From: Candidatus Kerfeldbacteria bacterium
GTDB lineage: Bacteria; Patescibacteriota; Patescibacteriia; SBBC01
Reading direction: 5' to 3'
Assembly: GCA_016204585.1 (NCBI GenBank)
Contig: JACQKH010000007.1
Location: 1 to 49,340 of the forward strand
Length of the DNA: 49,340 nt
Shown: positions 18,397 to 27,014 of the stretch, piece after piece
Layout of the letters: every line of letters starts with the position of its first letter
How positions within the stretch are numbered: position 1 is the first letter of the stretch
Notes under the pieces: model-generated
Database searches by the model: none
Seen by the model: only the letters and a program-made list of their open reading frames with translations
What the model was told of the DNA's origin: nothing
Program-made: the position numbers and the translations under genes

Positions 18397-19335
18397 TTAG
18401 TTAATCACATTCTCCGGCTTGCCTGCCAAAAAACGCTCAACATTCCGCACAAACATTTCCTCGCGCGCTTGGTTGGCTTCGTTCGTCACGTTGGTGAAGG
18501 CCGGATAGACAACCATGTTCTGGTATCGCGACAACCGTTTCCACTGCTCACCGGTCAAACTTCGAGAATGCATACGAATTAACGTCACGTCTCCGCGCTT
18601 TAACCGTTCTTCCAGCGCATCTACATCAATCGTCCTCATGGATACCGTGTTCACAATTATGGCGCCGGTTTTCATGCCCATGATTCGCTCGCGATTCAGG
18701 AGATTCTCCGTGTCGCTAGTTCCAGTTACGTGGAGCGACAGAAAATCGGCTTGACGAACGAGCTCATCAAGTTCTTCGTACTTCACGCCTCGCGTTTCCA
18801 TTTCATTTTTTCTTGTTCTCGACCAATACCTGACATCAGCGTTAAAGCCGAGCGCGATTTCGACCACGCGTGTCCCAATTCGGCCAAGTCCAACCACGCC
18901 AAACACTTTGCCCATAATTTCCGAACCGGAAAAACCGGCTGGGCCGTAATTACCTTTCGCCGCTTCCTGTTTTGCCCGCGATAAATTCCGAAGGTGCTCT
19001 AGCAAAACGCCGAACACCCACTCAGCTACAGCTTCAGTACTGTAGCCGGGCAGATTTGTCACGATCACGCCTCGGTCTTTTGCTGCGGCCACGTCAACGC
19101 GGTCGTAGGCAGTGCCCAAAACGCCGATGTATTTTAGGTTCGGCATCTTCTCTATGGTGACCGCATCAACCACCGTCTCAAAACCAACAAGCAAGCAGTC
19201 AGCATCAACGACGAGTTTTTCCCCGACCACGTCCACGCGTTGCAGCACGTCGGCCAACGATTCAATCCTTTGCCAGTACGCCGGTTCCAGCTTTGTTTCG
19301 TCAATACCGACAACGACAACCTTGGTGAATCTCAT
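18397..19335 (-). CDS. D-2-hydroxyacid dehydrogenase-like NAD(P)-binding protein
   Basis: Motifs MPNLKYIGV, TNLPGYSTEAVAE, GVVGLGRIG and ADFLSLH. Catalytic-site motifs are divergent. Confidence 0.85.
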   Translation of the reverse strand: MRFTKVVVVGIDETKLEPAYWQRIESLADVLQRVDVVGEKLVVDADCLLVGFETVVDAVTIEKMPNLKYIGVLGTAYDRVDVAAAKDRGVIVTNLPGYSTEAVAEWVFGVLLEHLRNLSRAKQEAAKGNYGPAGFSGSEIMGKVFGVVGLGRIGTRVVEIALGFNADVRYWSRTRKNEMETRGVKYEELDELVRQADFLSLHVTGTSDTENLLNRERIMGMKTGAIIVNTVSMRTIDVDALEERLKRGDVTLIRMHSRSLTGEQWKRLSRYQNMVVYPAFTNVTNEANQAREEMFVRNVERFLAGKPENVIN

Positions 19336-19393
19336 GCCATAACACTACCACGGCGGTTGCCGGACACAAAATTTTTCAGTATGATACAACCTC

Positions 19394-20029
19394 ATGTTTG
19401 ATCTGGCATCGCTTGTAAAATCAGCTGGATACCTCGGCGTCACCGCCATCGTCTTTGCCGAAAACGGTCTGCTGATCGGCTTCTTCCTGCCCGGCGATTC
19501 ACTCCTGTTCACCGCTGGCTTCCTCGCCTCGCAGGGATTTTTTGACATCACGCTGCTCACCGTCCTGCTGTTTGTGGCCTCGGTCGTCGGGGTCGGCGTT
19601 GGCTACTGGTTCGGCAAGTACACTGGACCGAAACTGTTCCGACGACCTGACTCTCGATTTTTCAAACACGAAAACTTGGAGAAAGCCCAAGCGTTTTACC
19701 ACAAGCACGGCGGCAAGACGATTATCCTAGCCCGCTTCATTCCGATTGTCCGGACCTTTGCACCGATTGTGGCTGGCATTGCCAACATGCACTACGGCAA
19801 ATTTATGGTGTACAACGTTGTCGGCGGCGCGGTCTGGGCGATCGGCCTGACCCTCGGCGGTTACTGGCTCGGCACCAAGGTGGAAAACGTTGACCGTTAC
19901 TTATTGCCGATCATCGCCGTCATCATCTTACTCTCCGTCCTGCCCGGCATCGTCCACATGCTGAAAACGCCCGAACGGCGGCACACCGTGTGGGACAGCG
20001 TTAAAAGGTTTTTTGCCCGCCGGCCTTAG
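19394..20029 (+). CDS. dedA: DedA family (VTT domain) membrane protein
   Basis: Motifs FAENGLLIGFFLPGDSLLFTAG and ARFIPIVRTFAP. Confidence 0.93.
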   Translation: MFDLASLVKSAGYLGVTAIVFAENGLLIGFFLPGDSLLFTAGFLASQGFFDITLLTVLLFVASVVGVGVGYWFGKYTGPKLFRRPDSRFFKHENLEKAQAFYHKHGGKTIILARFIPIVRTFAPIVAGIANMHYGKFMVYNVVGGAVWAIGLTLGGYWLGTKVENVDRYLLPIIAVIILLSVLPGIVHMLKTPERRHTVWDSVKRFFARRP

Positions 20030-20033
20030 AGGA

Positions 20034-20062
20034 TTGCATAATTTCGTGAATTCGAGTACGCT
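20034..20062 (+). promoter_or_regulatory. Sigma70-like promoter of the tRNA-Lys locus
   Basis: TTGCAT-17 bp-TACGCT upstream of the outer tRNA 5' end at 20087. Confidence 0.5.
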
Positions 20063-20086
20063 TCTTTTCGCGCAATCGATTGCCGT

Positions 20087-20432
20087 GGCCCGCTACCCCG
20101 CACCGCTCACTTCATTCGGGATGCGGGGCAGGCAATGGTACCCAGCACCAGTCGTTCCGCTCCGGCGTGCTGGGCAAGGAGCAGTTTACAAAACTCGTTC
20201 GTGATTCGCCTGGCCCGCTAGCTCAACGGTAGAGCAACTGCCTCTTAAGCAGTGGGTTGGTGGTTCGAATCCACCGCGGGTCACCAGGCGAATCACGAAC
20301 AGTTGGCTCCCTGCCCCGCAGATGCGGAGCGAAGCGGAGCATTATGCGGGTTAAGCAGTGGGTTGGTGGTTCCCCGCCTGCCTACGCCTGAGGCGTAGCC
20401 GATGGCGGGCAGGGAATCCTCCGCAGGTCACC
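20087..20432 (+). pseudogene. Outer, interrupted tRNA-Lys copy enclosing the intact tRNA-Lys
   Basis: Collinear fragments separated by palindromes: GGCCCGCTA (20087-20095), CAATGGTA (20133-20140), GAGCA (20179-20183), CTGCC (20311-20315), TTAAGCAGTGGGTTGGTGGTTC (20351-20372) and GAATCCTCCGCAGGTCACC (20414-20432). Confidence 0.8.
20212..20286 (+). tRNA. tRNA-Lys(CTT)
   Basis: Acceptor GGCCCGC/GCGGGTC plus A-CCA, anticodon loop CT CTT AA closed by (A)CTGC/GCAG(T), T loop GGTTCGAATCC. Confidence 0.96.
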
Positions 20433-20482
20433 TTGACCGATGCGCATGGCAGGCGTAGAGTAGTAAAAGACATCGGTGGTAT

Positions 20483-20794
20483 TTGAACTTCGAAGAACAT
20501 ATGGGCCAAGCCGCGACCAAAGAGGACATCCGAGCTCTCGGCAATAATCTCCGCGAGGGAATCAAGGAGAACACCCGAGAGATTATTTCCCATTTCAATG
20601 CCAGCCAAGGCGAACAGAATAAACGCCTTGATCGGATTGAGACAAAAGTCGACACGATGGCAGAAGATGTTGCAAAAGTAAAACTCGCAGTCGTTGATTT
20701 GATCGCCACCGACCGACACCTTCATAATTTAGTTCGTGAACTCAAAGCGCAAGGAGTGAAGCTGGACGAAGCAAAAATCTTCGCTTCGTCATAG
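20483..20794 (+). CDS. Hypothetical coiled-coil protein
   Basis: 103-aa amphipathic helical ORF (RLDRIETKVDTMAEDVAKVK). Start uncertain (20483 or 20501). Confidence 0.65.
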   Translation: MNFEEHMGQAATKEDIRALGNNLREGIKENTREIISHFNASQGEQNKRLDRIETKVDTMAEDVAKVKLAVVDLIATDRHLHNLVRELKAQGVKLDEAKIFASS

Positions 20795-20960
20795 AGCCGG
20801 TTTTTAGGAAGCGGCCTGTCCTGAGCCTGTCTATACTCAGCGCAGCCGAAATGCCGAATGGGTCGAACCTTTTTCATAATAGTTCACCAAATATTTTGTC
20901 TGACTCCCGGCGAAGCAAGGCGGGTAGGCTTACGTATCTGTGCTGATCACCTTACGGAGT

Positions 20961-21025
20961 GAAGCTCCACGGCCTCAGCCCTCTCCGCCGTAGTAGCTTC
21001 GGCTACGATGGCCGGGCGGCCGTGG
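20961..21025. repeat. CCACGGCC/GGCCGTGG palindrome with a second hairpin nested inside
   Basis: Arms at 20967-20974 and 21018-21025 enclose GCCGTAGTAGCTTCGGCTACGATGGC. Confidence 0.65.
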
Positions 21026-21048
21026 TGCGTGGGTAAAAGACATCGAGG

Positions 21049-21600
21049 GTGTGCTATGGTAACGACATGGCTCGGCCTGATCTGGTGAAAGAAGAGTGGG
21101 CAAAAACGCAGACCGAAATTATCCGTTTCGAGCAGCGGCGCGAATACCATATACCGCACAACCTCACTCTGTACCGCGACTTTTTCCAAGGTGAACAACC
21201 GTCACCCAAAGACGCCAAGGTTGAACTCTATGCAACGGTTGCGGCCACTGTTCGGCGCGGGGTGGCGGTTAAGCGAATTCGCGTTTTCGATGTTCCGCTG
21301 TCAGACAGGCAGCAAGCGGAAATTGAATCTGCTTATCTTACTGGCGAGGAATTCGGACTTCAGGCATTGGTTTTGCCTCGTCCGGTCTTCACCGAACTGG
21401 TCATTAAACGGGGATTCTCGGAAATTGACTTTTGGGCCTTTGACCGCCAGCAATTCTTAACCGTCGAGTATGACCAGCGCGGCGACTACCGCGGCGAGGT
21501 GCCGGTGGCCACGGACTTTGAACGGTTGATGCTCCAGCAGCAGCTTCTTGCCATCTTGCAACGATCAATTCCGCCAAAAGATTTTCTGCTGCAGCTCTAG
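21049..21600 (+). CDS. Hypothetical protein, DUF6879-like
   Basis: KRIRVFDVPLSDRQQAE...GE...LPR...DFWAFD...YDQRGDYRG resembles the recalled DUF6879 pattern. Confidence 0.6.
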   Translation: MCYGNDMARPDLVKEEWAKTQTEIIRFEQRREYHIPHNLTLYRDFFQGEQPSPKDAKVELYATVAATVRRGVAVKRIRVFDVPLSDRQQAEIESAYLTGEEFGLQALVLPRPVFTELVIKRGFSEIDFWAFDRQQFLTVEYDQRGDYRGEVPVATDFERLMLQQQLLAILQRSIPPKDFLLQL

Positions 21601-21671
21601 CCCGCCGCGGTAACATTGACAACACAAAGCGCTCTCGGCGTGAATCTACACCGAGTTGCGCGAGCGGCTAT

Positions 21672-21956
21672 CTATGTCCCGGACTTCAACGCGTCCTTCA
21701 GCGTCTTGCCCGCCTTGAACTTCGGCACGGTCACAGCCGGTATTTGAATTTTCTCCGTCGGCTTTTGCGGATTGACGCCCATCCGCGCCTCACGCCGCTT
21801 CGACATGAACGTCCCGAAACCGGTGAGCGTTACCTCGCCGCCAACCTTCAAAGTTGTAATCACAGTGTTCTCGAAAGCGTCGAGTAAATCCTCGACCTGT
21901 TTCTTTCCCAAGCCCACCCTCTGGGCCAAGGAATCAATTAGTTCGGCTTTATTCAC
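21672..21956 (-). CDS. hup: HU family DNA-binding protein
   Basis: Motifs MNKAELI, VTLTGFGTF, R.GVNPQ and VPKFKAGKTLKD. AGGAGGT SD. Confidence 0.96.
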   Translation of the reverse strand: MNKAELIDSLAQRVGLGKKQVEDLLDAFENTVITTLKVGGEVTLTGFGTFMSKRREARMGVNPQKPTEKIQIPAVTVPKFKAGKTLKDALKSGT

Positions 21957-22037
21957 GGTCGCTCACCTCCTTTGAATAGTAGTTAGTGGCTAATTAGGAA
22001 GTGTAAAACAACGATGGTGGATGTCAACAGTGTTGGT

Positions 22038-22113
22038 GGTTTGGCGGTTTAGAGGTTTGGAGGTTCGGTTGAATTTCCGCTAAGCCACAAACCTCTAAGC
22101 CTCAAAACCTCTA
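22038..22113. repeat. Inverted array of degenerate 8-nt tandem repeats (GGTTTRGM/CCTCTAAR)
   Basis: GGTTTGGC-GGTTTAGA-GGTTTGGA is mirrored by AAACCTCT-AAGCCTCA-AAACCTCT. It overlaps the ymdB stop. Confidence 0.6.
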
Positions 22114-22932
22114 TACCACCGCTTCCCTGTCAATCCGCTCAATGTTCGCGGCTCGCTGAGTCGCCGGGTCAATCTCCACCAACACGCTGTTAAAGCGACA
22201 GCGTCCTTCCTCCGGGGGTTCGAAGTCGCCTTTGCCAACCGGCGACAGGAAGCGTTGGAGTGCAGCATCCATGTTGATGCCGAGGCTGGTGTCGCGTCCG
22301 CCACACATGCCGACATCGGTGATGTAGGCGGTGCCTTTTCGCAGCACCAAGGGATCGGCAGTCGGAATATGGGTGTGCGTGCCGAGTACGGCTGAAGCCC
22401 GACCATCAGCGTACCAGCCGAAGCAAACCTTTTCGCTCGTCACTTCGGCGTGAAAGTCTACCACCACCCCACTCAATCCGGCATTTTCGTGCTCAGCCAC
22501 AATTCGATCAAATACTCGAAACGGATCGTCCACCCCTTCCTTCATGAACACTCGGCCGAGCAGATTCACTACCAGCAGTTTTCGCGTGCCGACCTCGATT
22601 ACCCGATATCCGTCGCCCGGCGTGCCCGCCGGATAATTAGCCGGTCGGATGAGCGGCGTAGATTTCTGACCAAGCAATTCTACCGCCTCAACTTTCGAAA
22701 AAATGTGATTACCGCCGGTACAAAAATCAACGCCGGTGTCTAGAACTTCCTTCAACGTCTCGGTGGTGACGCCTTTTCCGTGCGCCAGATTCTCCACGTT
22801 CGCAATCACCACATCGGGTTTGTACTCCTCTTTCAACTCAGGCAGGATCTTGGCCACACACCGACGGCCGATCTTGCCAACCACGTCGCCGAGGAAGAGT
22901 ACGGTTAGCGTATTCTTGGGTTTCTTTGGCAT
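22111..22932 (-). CDS. ymdB: YmdB-family metallophosphoesterase (TIGR00282)
   Basis: Motifs LFLGDVVGK, NVENLAHG, TGGNH, RPANYP, DFHAEVTSEK, GTHTH and YITDVGM. Downstream of rny. Confidence 0.95.
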   Translation of the reverse strand: MPKKPKNTLTVLFLGDVVGKIGRRCVAKILPELKEEYKPDVVIANVENLAHGKGVTTETLKEVLDTGVDFCTGGNHIFSKVEAVELLGQKSTPLIRPANYPAGTPGDGYRVIEVGTRKLLVVNLLGRVFMKEGVDDPFRVFDRIVAEHENAGLSGVVVDFHAEVTSEKVCFGWYADGRASAVLGTHTHIPTADPLVLRKGTAYITDVGMCGGRDTSLGINMDAALQRFLSPVGKGDFEPPEEGRCRFNSVLVEIDPATQRAANIERIDREAVV

Positions 22933-22944
22933 AAAAGATTGTCA

Positions 22945-23135
22945 GCGGTTTGGAGGTTTAGGGGTTTGGCGGTTTGGCTCGTTGGCTGATTGGCTCGTTG
23001 TCTCGTTAGTCATTCAGTGATGAAGCCATGAGAACACAATGACTTTTAAACTAACAAACTAACGAGCTACCCTACTAACGAGCTAAACGGTATTGCCGCT
23101 ATCGAGCTAAAGAGCTAATAAGCCAACGAGCTACC
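22945..23135. repeat. Inverted array of degenerate 8-nt tandem repeats between rny and ymdB
   Basis: GGTTTGGA/GGTTTAGG units, then GCTCGTTG/TCTCGTTA units, mirrored by CTAACGAG/CTAAAGAG/CCAACGAG units. Confidence 0.65.
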
Positions 23136-23138
23136 GCG

Positions 23139-24665
23139 TTAGCGGGCATACTCAACCACCCGCTTCTCTCTAATCAACGTCACTTTAATTTCCCCAGGAT
23201 ACTGCAGCTGCGCTTCAATTTGGTTAGCCACGTCGCGAGCCAGCTTGATGGCGGTCAAGTCATCAATCTTGTCCGGCGTCACAAACACCCGCACTTCGCG
23301 ACCGGCCTGAATGGCATAGACTTTCTCCACGCCGGGGAAGTTCTTGGCAATGTTCTCGAGTTCCTCCAGCCGCTGGACGTACTGTTCGTAAGTGTCTTTC
23401 CGCGCTCCCGGCCGCGCTCCGCTAATCGCGTCCGCCACCCGGGCGATCACGCCCTCGAAGGTTCGCGGCGCATCCTCGTGATGAGCAATAGCCAGGTAGG
23501 CCACCTCTTCCGGCAGGCCGTACTTGCGCATTATGTCGTAGCCTAGTTGGGTGTGAGTGCCCTGGACTTCGTGGTCAATGGCCTTGCCGATGTCGTGGAG
23601 CAATCCGCCTTTCTTGGCCACGCCGACGTTGGCGCCGAGCTCATCCGCCAGCAAGCCAGCCAGAATCCCGACTTCAATCGAGTGTCGTAAAACGTTCTGG
23701 CCGTAGCTGGTCCGATATTTAAGCCGACCGAGGATTTGAATGAGTCGCGGATCAAGACCGACCACGCCGACCTCGCGGGCCGCCTCCTCGCCGGCCTTCT
23801 TGATGTCCACGGCCAGGTCTTTCTTGGCCGCTTCCACCGCCTCCTCGATCCGTCCGGGATGGATTCGACCGTCAGCCATCAGCTTTTCCAGGGCGCGCTT
23901 GGCAATGTGGCGACGAATTGGATTGAAGCCGGAAATAACGATTGATTCCGGCGTGTCGTCAACGATTATCTCCGCACCGGTCAGCTGCTCAATGGTCTTG
24001 ATGTTGCGGCCTTCCTTACCGATGATCCTGCCTTTCAGGTCGTCCGATGGGAGCGGCACGACGGTGGTGGTGGTTTCGGCCGCATGACTGGAGGCTACCC
24101 GCTGCATGACCGTGGATATAAGTTTTTTTGACTCTTTCTCCAGCTCCTCCTGGCTCTCCTGCTGGAGCTTCTTGATGCGCGAAACAAGCTCGTCCCGCAT
24201 CGAGTGCTCGGTATTCTCCAAGAGTACGCGCTTAGCTTCGTCCCTGGTCAGCTCAGCGATTTTCTCCAGTTTCTTGAACTGCTCTTCGCGGATTCGTTCC
24301 AGTTCCTTTCTGATTTCGTCGGCTTTTAAGGCCCGCTTCTGAGTTTCTTCTTTACTTCGCTCGAGCTCGAGTAGTTTCTCATCGAACTTCGCTTCGCGCT
24401 GCTCCAGCCGGTCGCGCTGCGACTGGAGTTCACGGCGGCGCTGATCTTCTTCTTTCTTGGCATCCTCAAGAACCTTGAGGGCTTTTTCTTGGGCCTCAAG
24501 GAGAATTTCCTTTTGTTTAGCGCGGGCCTCGTTGATTAAGGCCTGCGATTTCGATTCAACCGACTGTGCTTCGCGGGTGGCCCATGACTTGCGGAAGAAG
24601 TAGCCGGCCAAGACCCCGGCTGGAATTCCGACCGCGGTCAAAATAATCCAAATTGACGTGTCCAT
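23139..24665 (-). CDS. rny: Ribonuclease Y
   Basis: N-terminal TM, coiled coil, KH domain (KGRIIGKEGRNI) and HD domain (YGQNVLRHS, LLHDIGK). Confidence 0.97.
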   Translation of the reverse strand: MDTSIWIILTAVGIPAGVLAGYFFRKSWATREAQSVESKSQALINEARAKQKEILLEAQEKALKVLEDAKKEEDQRRRELQSQRDRLEQREAKFDEKLLELERSKEETQKRALKADEIRKELERIREEQFKKLEKIAELTRDEAKRVLLENTEHSMRDELVSRIKKLQQESQEELEKESKKLISTVMQRVASSHAAETTTTVVPLPSDDLKGRIIGKEGRNIKTIEQLTGAEIIVDDTPESIVISGFNPIRRHIAKRALEKLMADGRIHPGRIEEAVEAAKKDLAVDIKKAGEEAAREVGVVGLDPRLIQILGRLKYRTSYGQNVLRHSIEVGILAGLLADELGANVGVAKKGGLLHDIGKAIDHEVQGTHTQLGYDIMRKYGLPEEVAYLAIAHHEDAPRTFEGVIARVADAISGARPGARKDTYEQYVQRLEELENIAKNFPGVEKVYAIQAGREVRVFVTPDKIDDLTAIKLARDVANQIEAQLQYPGEIKVTLIREKRVVEYAR

Positions 24666-24762
24666 ACGTGCTGGGTGCGTTCAACATATTAAGACTAACA
24701 AACATAGTAGAATTTCAGGTTATCATAGGTAATCGTCCAATGCAAGTTTCGAGCGACGACCC

Positions 24763-24791
24763 TTGACATTTGTGCAGATTTAGTCTATGGT
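24763..24791 (+). promoter_or_regulatory. Sigma70-like promoter of the two-gene accessory operon
   Basis: TTGACA-17 bp-TATGGT. Confidence 0.6.
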
Positions 24792-24891
24792 CTCGGCACC
24801 GGTTGGTTCCTTAACAACAATCCGGTTTTCACTCTGCCGCGGATCGTCCGAGGCGGAACATCCACGCTGTTCTCGTAGAAGGAGTACTGCA

Positions 24892-25644
24892 ATGGAGACG
24901 AAGTCGCCGGAGCCCAAGGCACCGCTCGCTCTGCAGACGTTGCTGTCCGAAGAACTGTTGACACTCGACGGCATGGCTCAGCACCTGGCCCTGCTGGCTG
25001 GAGGAAACGCCGAAATTCGGGCGGTGGCCGTGCGCTGGTTCGGCACCCTACCGAAACACATCCAAGTCGACCTGGTGCGCAGCGTCGGCCGCAACGCCGA
25101 AGCTGCCTGCCAGCTGGTCATGCTTGTCCCCGACGCCAGCATACTCATGCCGCATCTCGGTCTGAGTATAGTCCGTCGGATGTGCGACAGCCACCCGACC
25201 CTGATTTCCGCGGTCAGCCGCAAGCGATTGGCCACCATGATCCGGGTCACCAAGAATCCTCAGGCCAAGCGCGAATGGCTGGTCCTGATCGCCGAATGGA
25301 ACGACGAAGAGCCGGGTCTCTTCGAATCGTTTATCGACGAACTCGACCCGGTCGAAATGGCCGACTGGCTGAATGGACTCTTCCGCCTAACGGATCTTTA
25401 CCTGCTCCAGCGGGCGATCAATGACCCACGGGAACTGGAGGAGCGACTGGATGATCTGTTCCCATTCCTCAGCTTGTTGGCCAGTAGCCGCGAACAGTTC
25501 TACCGGACAGTGATCGGAGAGATTATCCTCCGACTCTGCGATCGGTACGAGCGTCGCAGCCGGCTGAAGACTCTCGATGAGCTGCAGCGAGAGTACTGGC
25601 CTGGACTCGGTCAGGCGATCAAGGAAACGCGGAGGCGGCCATGA
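24892..25644 (+). CDS. Hypothetical all-alpha protein
   Basis: AAGGAG SD before ATG 24892. ATGA overlap with the next gene. Confidence 0.75.
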   Translation: METKSPEPKAPLALQTLLSEELLTLDGMAQHLALLAGGNAEIRAVAVRWFGTLPKHIQVDLVRSVGRNAEAACQLVMLVPDASILMPHLGLSIVRRMCDSHPTLISAVSRKRLATMIRVTKNPQAKREWLVLIAEWNDEEPGLFESFIDELDPVEMADWLNGLFRLTDLYLLQRAINDPRELEERLDDLFPFLSLLASSREQFYRTVIGEIILRLCDRYERRSRLKTLDELQREYWPGLGQAIKETRRRP

Positions 25645-26927
25645 CGAGGCTGCCGGCCGCCGTCTCGAGACCCGAACGGCCCAGCTTCTTGAATGGGGCA
25701 GTTCAACGCGCCCTCGATCTGAAGCTGGTCACGGATGACTGGCTCGAATCTTACCTGAAGGAGGCAGAACGGCGAGCGGAGAATCTGGCCGAACGGAATA
25801 CCAAGCATCGCAGCCCAACCGAAGAGGAATTTCGGGGCGCGCAGATCCGAATCCGACAGTTCCTCACCTTCGGGGTCGAGAGTCGATCGCGGGGTGACCT
25901 CGAGCAAGCCGCACGCTGTCTCGCTACCACACCGATGACCGAGCTCCTTCGTGCAGGCAAGATCGAGTTCGACGCTCTGCGCCGCGCAGTTCGCAGAGTC
26001 GCGGACCAACTTCGCTCTCACGAAGGCTACGGCTCGCAGGACCTCTATCGCGTCGACGCCGAGCTCTTCCTTGCCGAAACACTGGAAGACCTTGGACGAA
26101 AAACGATGGATTCCGAACAGATGGAGAGAATCGCGGACCGACTCTGGTTCGGCAAGCTCGAAATCGACCTCGGGATGCTCCTGGTCGAGCACTTCCGCAG
26201 CTACCACCGCAAGCACCTCGACGCGACGTACCCTCAGCTGCTCCACAACCTGGCAGTGAACGTCGGTTTGCGGAGGCGGCCAATGCTTGACATCAACCTC
26301 CGCGACGTCGGGACGTTCCTACGTCGGCTCTTCCCGGATGGCCAGCTCGACAGCAACTTCGCTGATCAGCTAGGCGTCGGGTTAGTCGAACATCTCAAGC
26401 AGTTCGGTGCGAGCGAGGAACTCTGTCGCTGGTTCCGACTGCGAGGGTGGCCTGGGTACGTTGAGCAAATGCGGGAATTCGCCGAAGTCGGTCAGGTGAA
26501 CAAGCGGAGATGCGTTTCCTGGAGGACGTTTTACCCGACCGGCCGACGCGGAGTGGGAACGATGGTGCTGACGGAATCCCAACAGACGAAGCACATCTTC
26601 TCGCAAATGCGGGTGAACACCGTACCGGAACAACTCCGTCGACTGCGGCAGTTCGATACGATTGACATCGAGTGGTACCTGTCGGGATTCGCTCAGGATG
26701 ACCCTGGGCTCGCCGCTCGGTTGCTCGACGGTATCGCGCCAAAGCAGGCAATGGAGATCCTCAGGTTTCACGAGGTGTATCTCGTGGACTTCGAGATTCC
26801 CGATCCGACAGTTCCCGCTTGGATTCAGCAGTACCTCAACGACCTCCGGAAGAACGCTCGGCGTAAGAATCGCCTCAAGACAGTCTTCCGAAAAACCAAA
26901 AAACCGGATATCGTACCCCGCTCGTAA
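25641..26927 (+). CDS. Hypothetical all-alpha protein (possible DUF6178/6179-like segment)
   Basis: 428-aa ORF with GGAGG SD. LTFGVESRSRGDLEQAARCLATTPMTELLRAG resembles a recalled DUF6178 motif. Confidence 0.75.
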   Translation: MTRLPAAVSRPERPSFLNGAVQRALDLKLVTDDWLESYLKEAERRAENLAERNTKHRSPTEEEFRGAQIRIRQFLTFGVESRSRGDLEQAARCLATTPMTELLRAGKIEFDALRRAVRRVADQLRSHEGYGSQDLYRVDAELFLAETLEDLGRKTMDSEQMERIADRLWFGKLEIDLGMLLVEHFRSYHRKHLDATYPQLLHNLAVNVGLRRRPMLDINLRDVGTFLRRLFPDGQLDSNFADQLGVGLVEHLKQFGASEELCRWFRLRGWPGYVEQMREFAEVGQVNKRRCVSWRTFYPTGRRGVGTMVLTESQQTKHIFSQMRVNTVPEQLRRLRQFDTIDIEWYLSGFAQDDPGLAARLLDGIAPKQAMEILRFHEVYLVDFEIPDPTVPAWIQQYLNDLRKNARRKNRLKTVFRKTKKPDIVPRS

Positions 26928-26953
26928 GCGTAAGGAGGATGAGCGGATTGACA

Positions 26954-26999
26954 CAGCCCCCGGCCTTGATTTCAAGAGGTCGGGGGCTCAAATTTTTTT
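26954..26999 (+). terminator. Rho-independent terminator
   Basis: AGCCCCCGGCC...GGTCGGGGGCT hairpin followed by a T7 run. Confidence 0.65.
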
Positions 27000-27014
27000 A
27001 AGAAACTGAAAGTT

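Noticed and set aside
20245..20372. Classical prophage or island attL/attR at tRNA-Lys
   Set aside because: The duplicated pieces cover both the 5' and 3' halves around the intact tRNA within about 350 bp, and no integrase is present. This is better explained as a nested tRNA.
22945..23135. CRISPR array
   Set aside because: The units are degenerate 8-mers without unique spacers, and there are no cas genes in the window.
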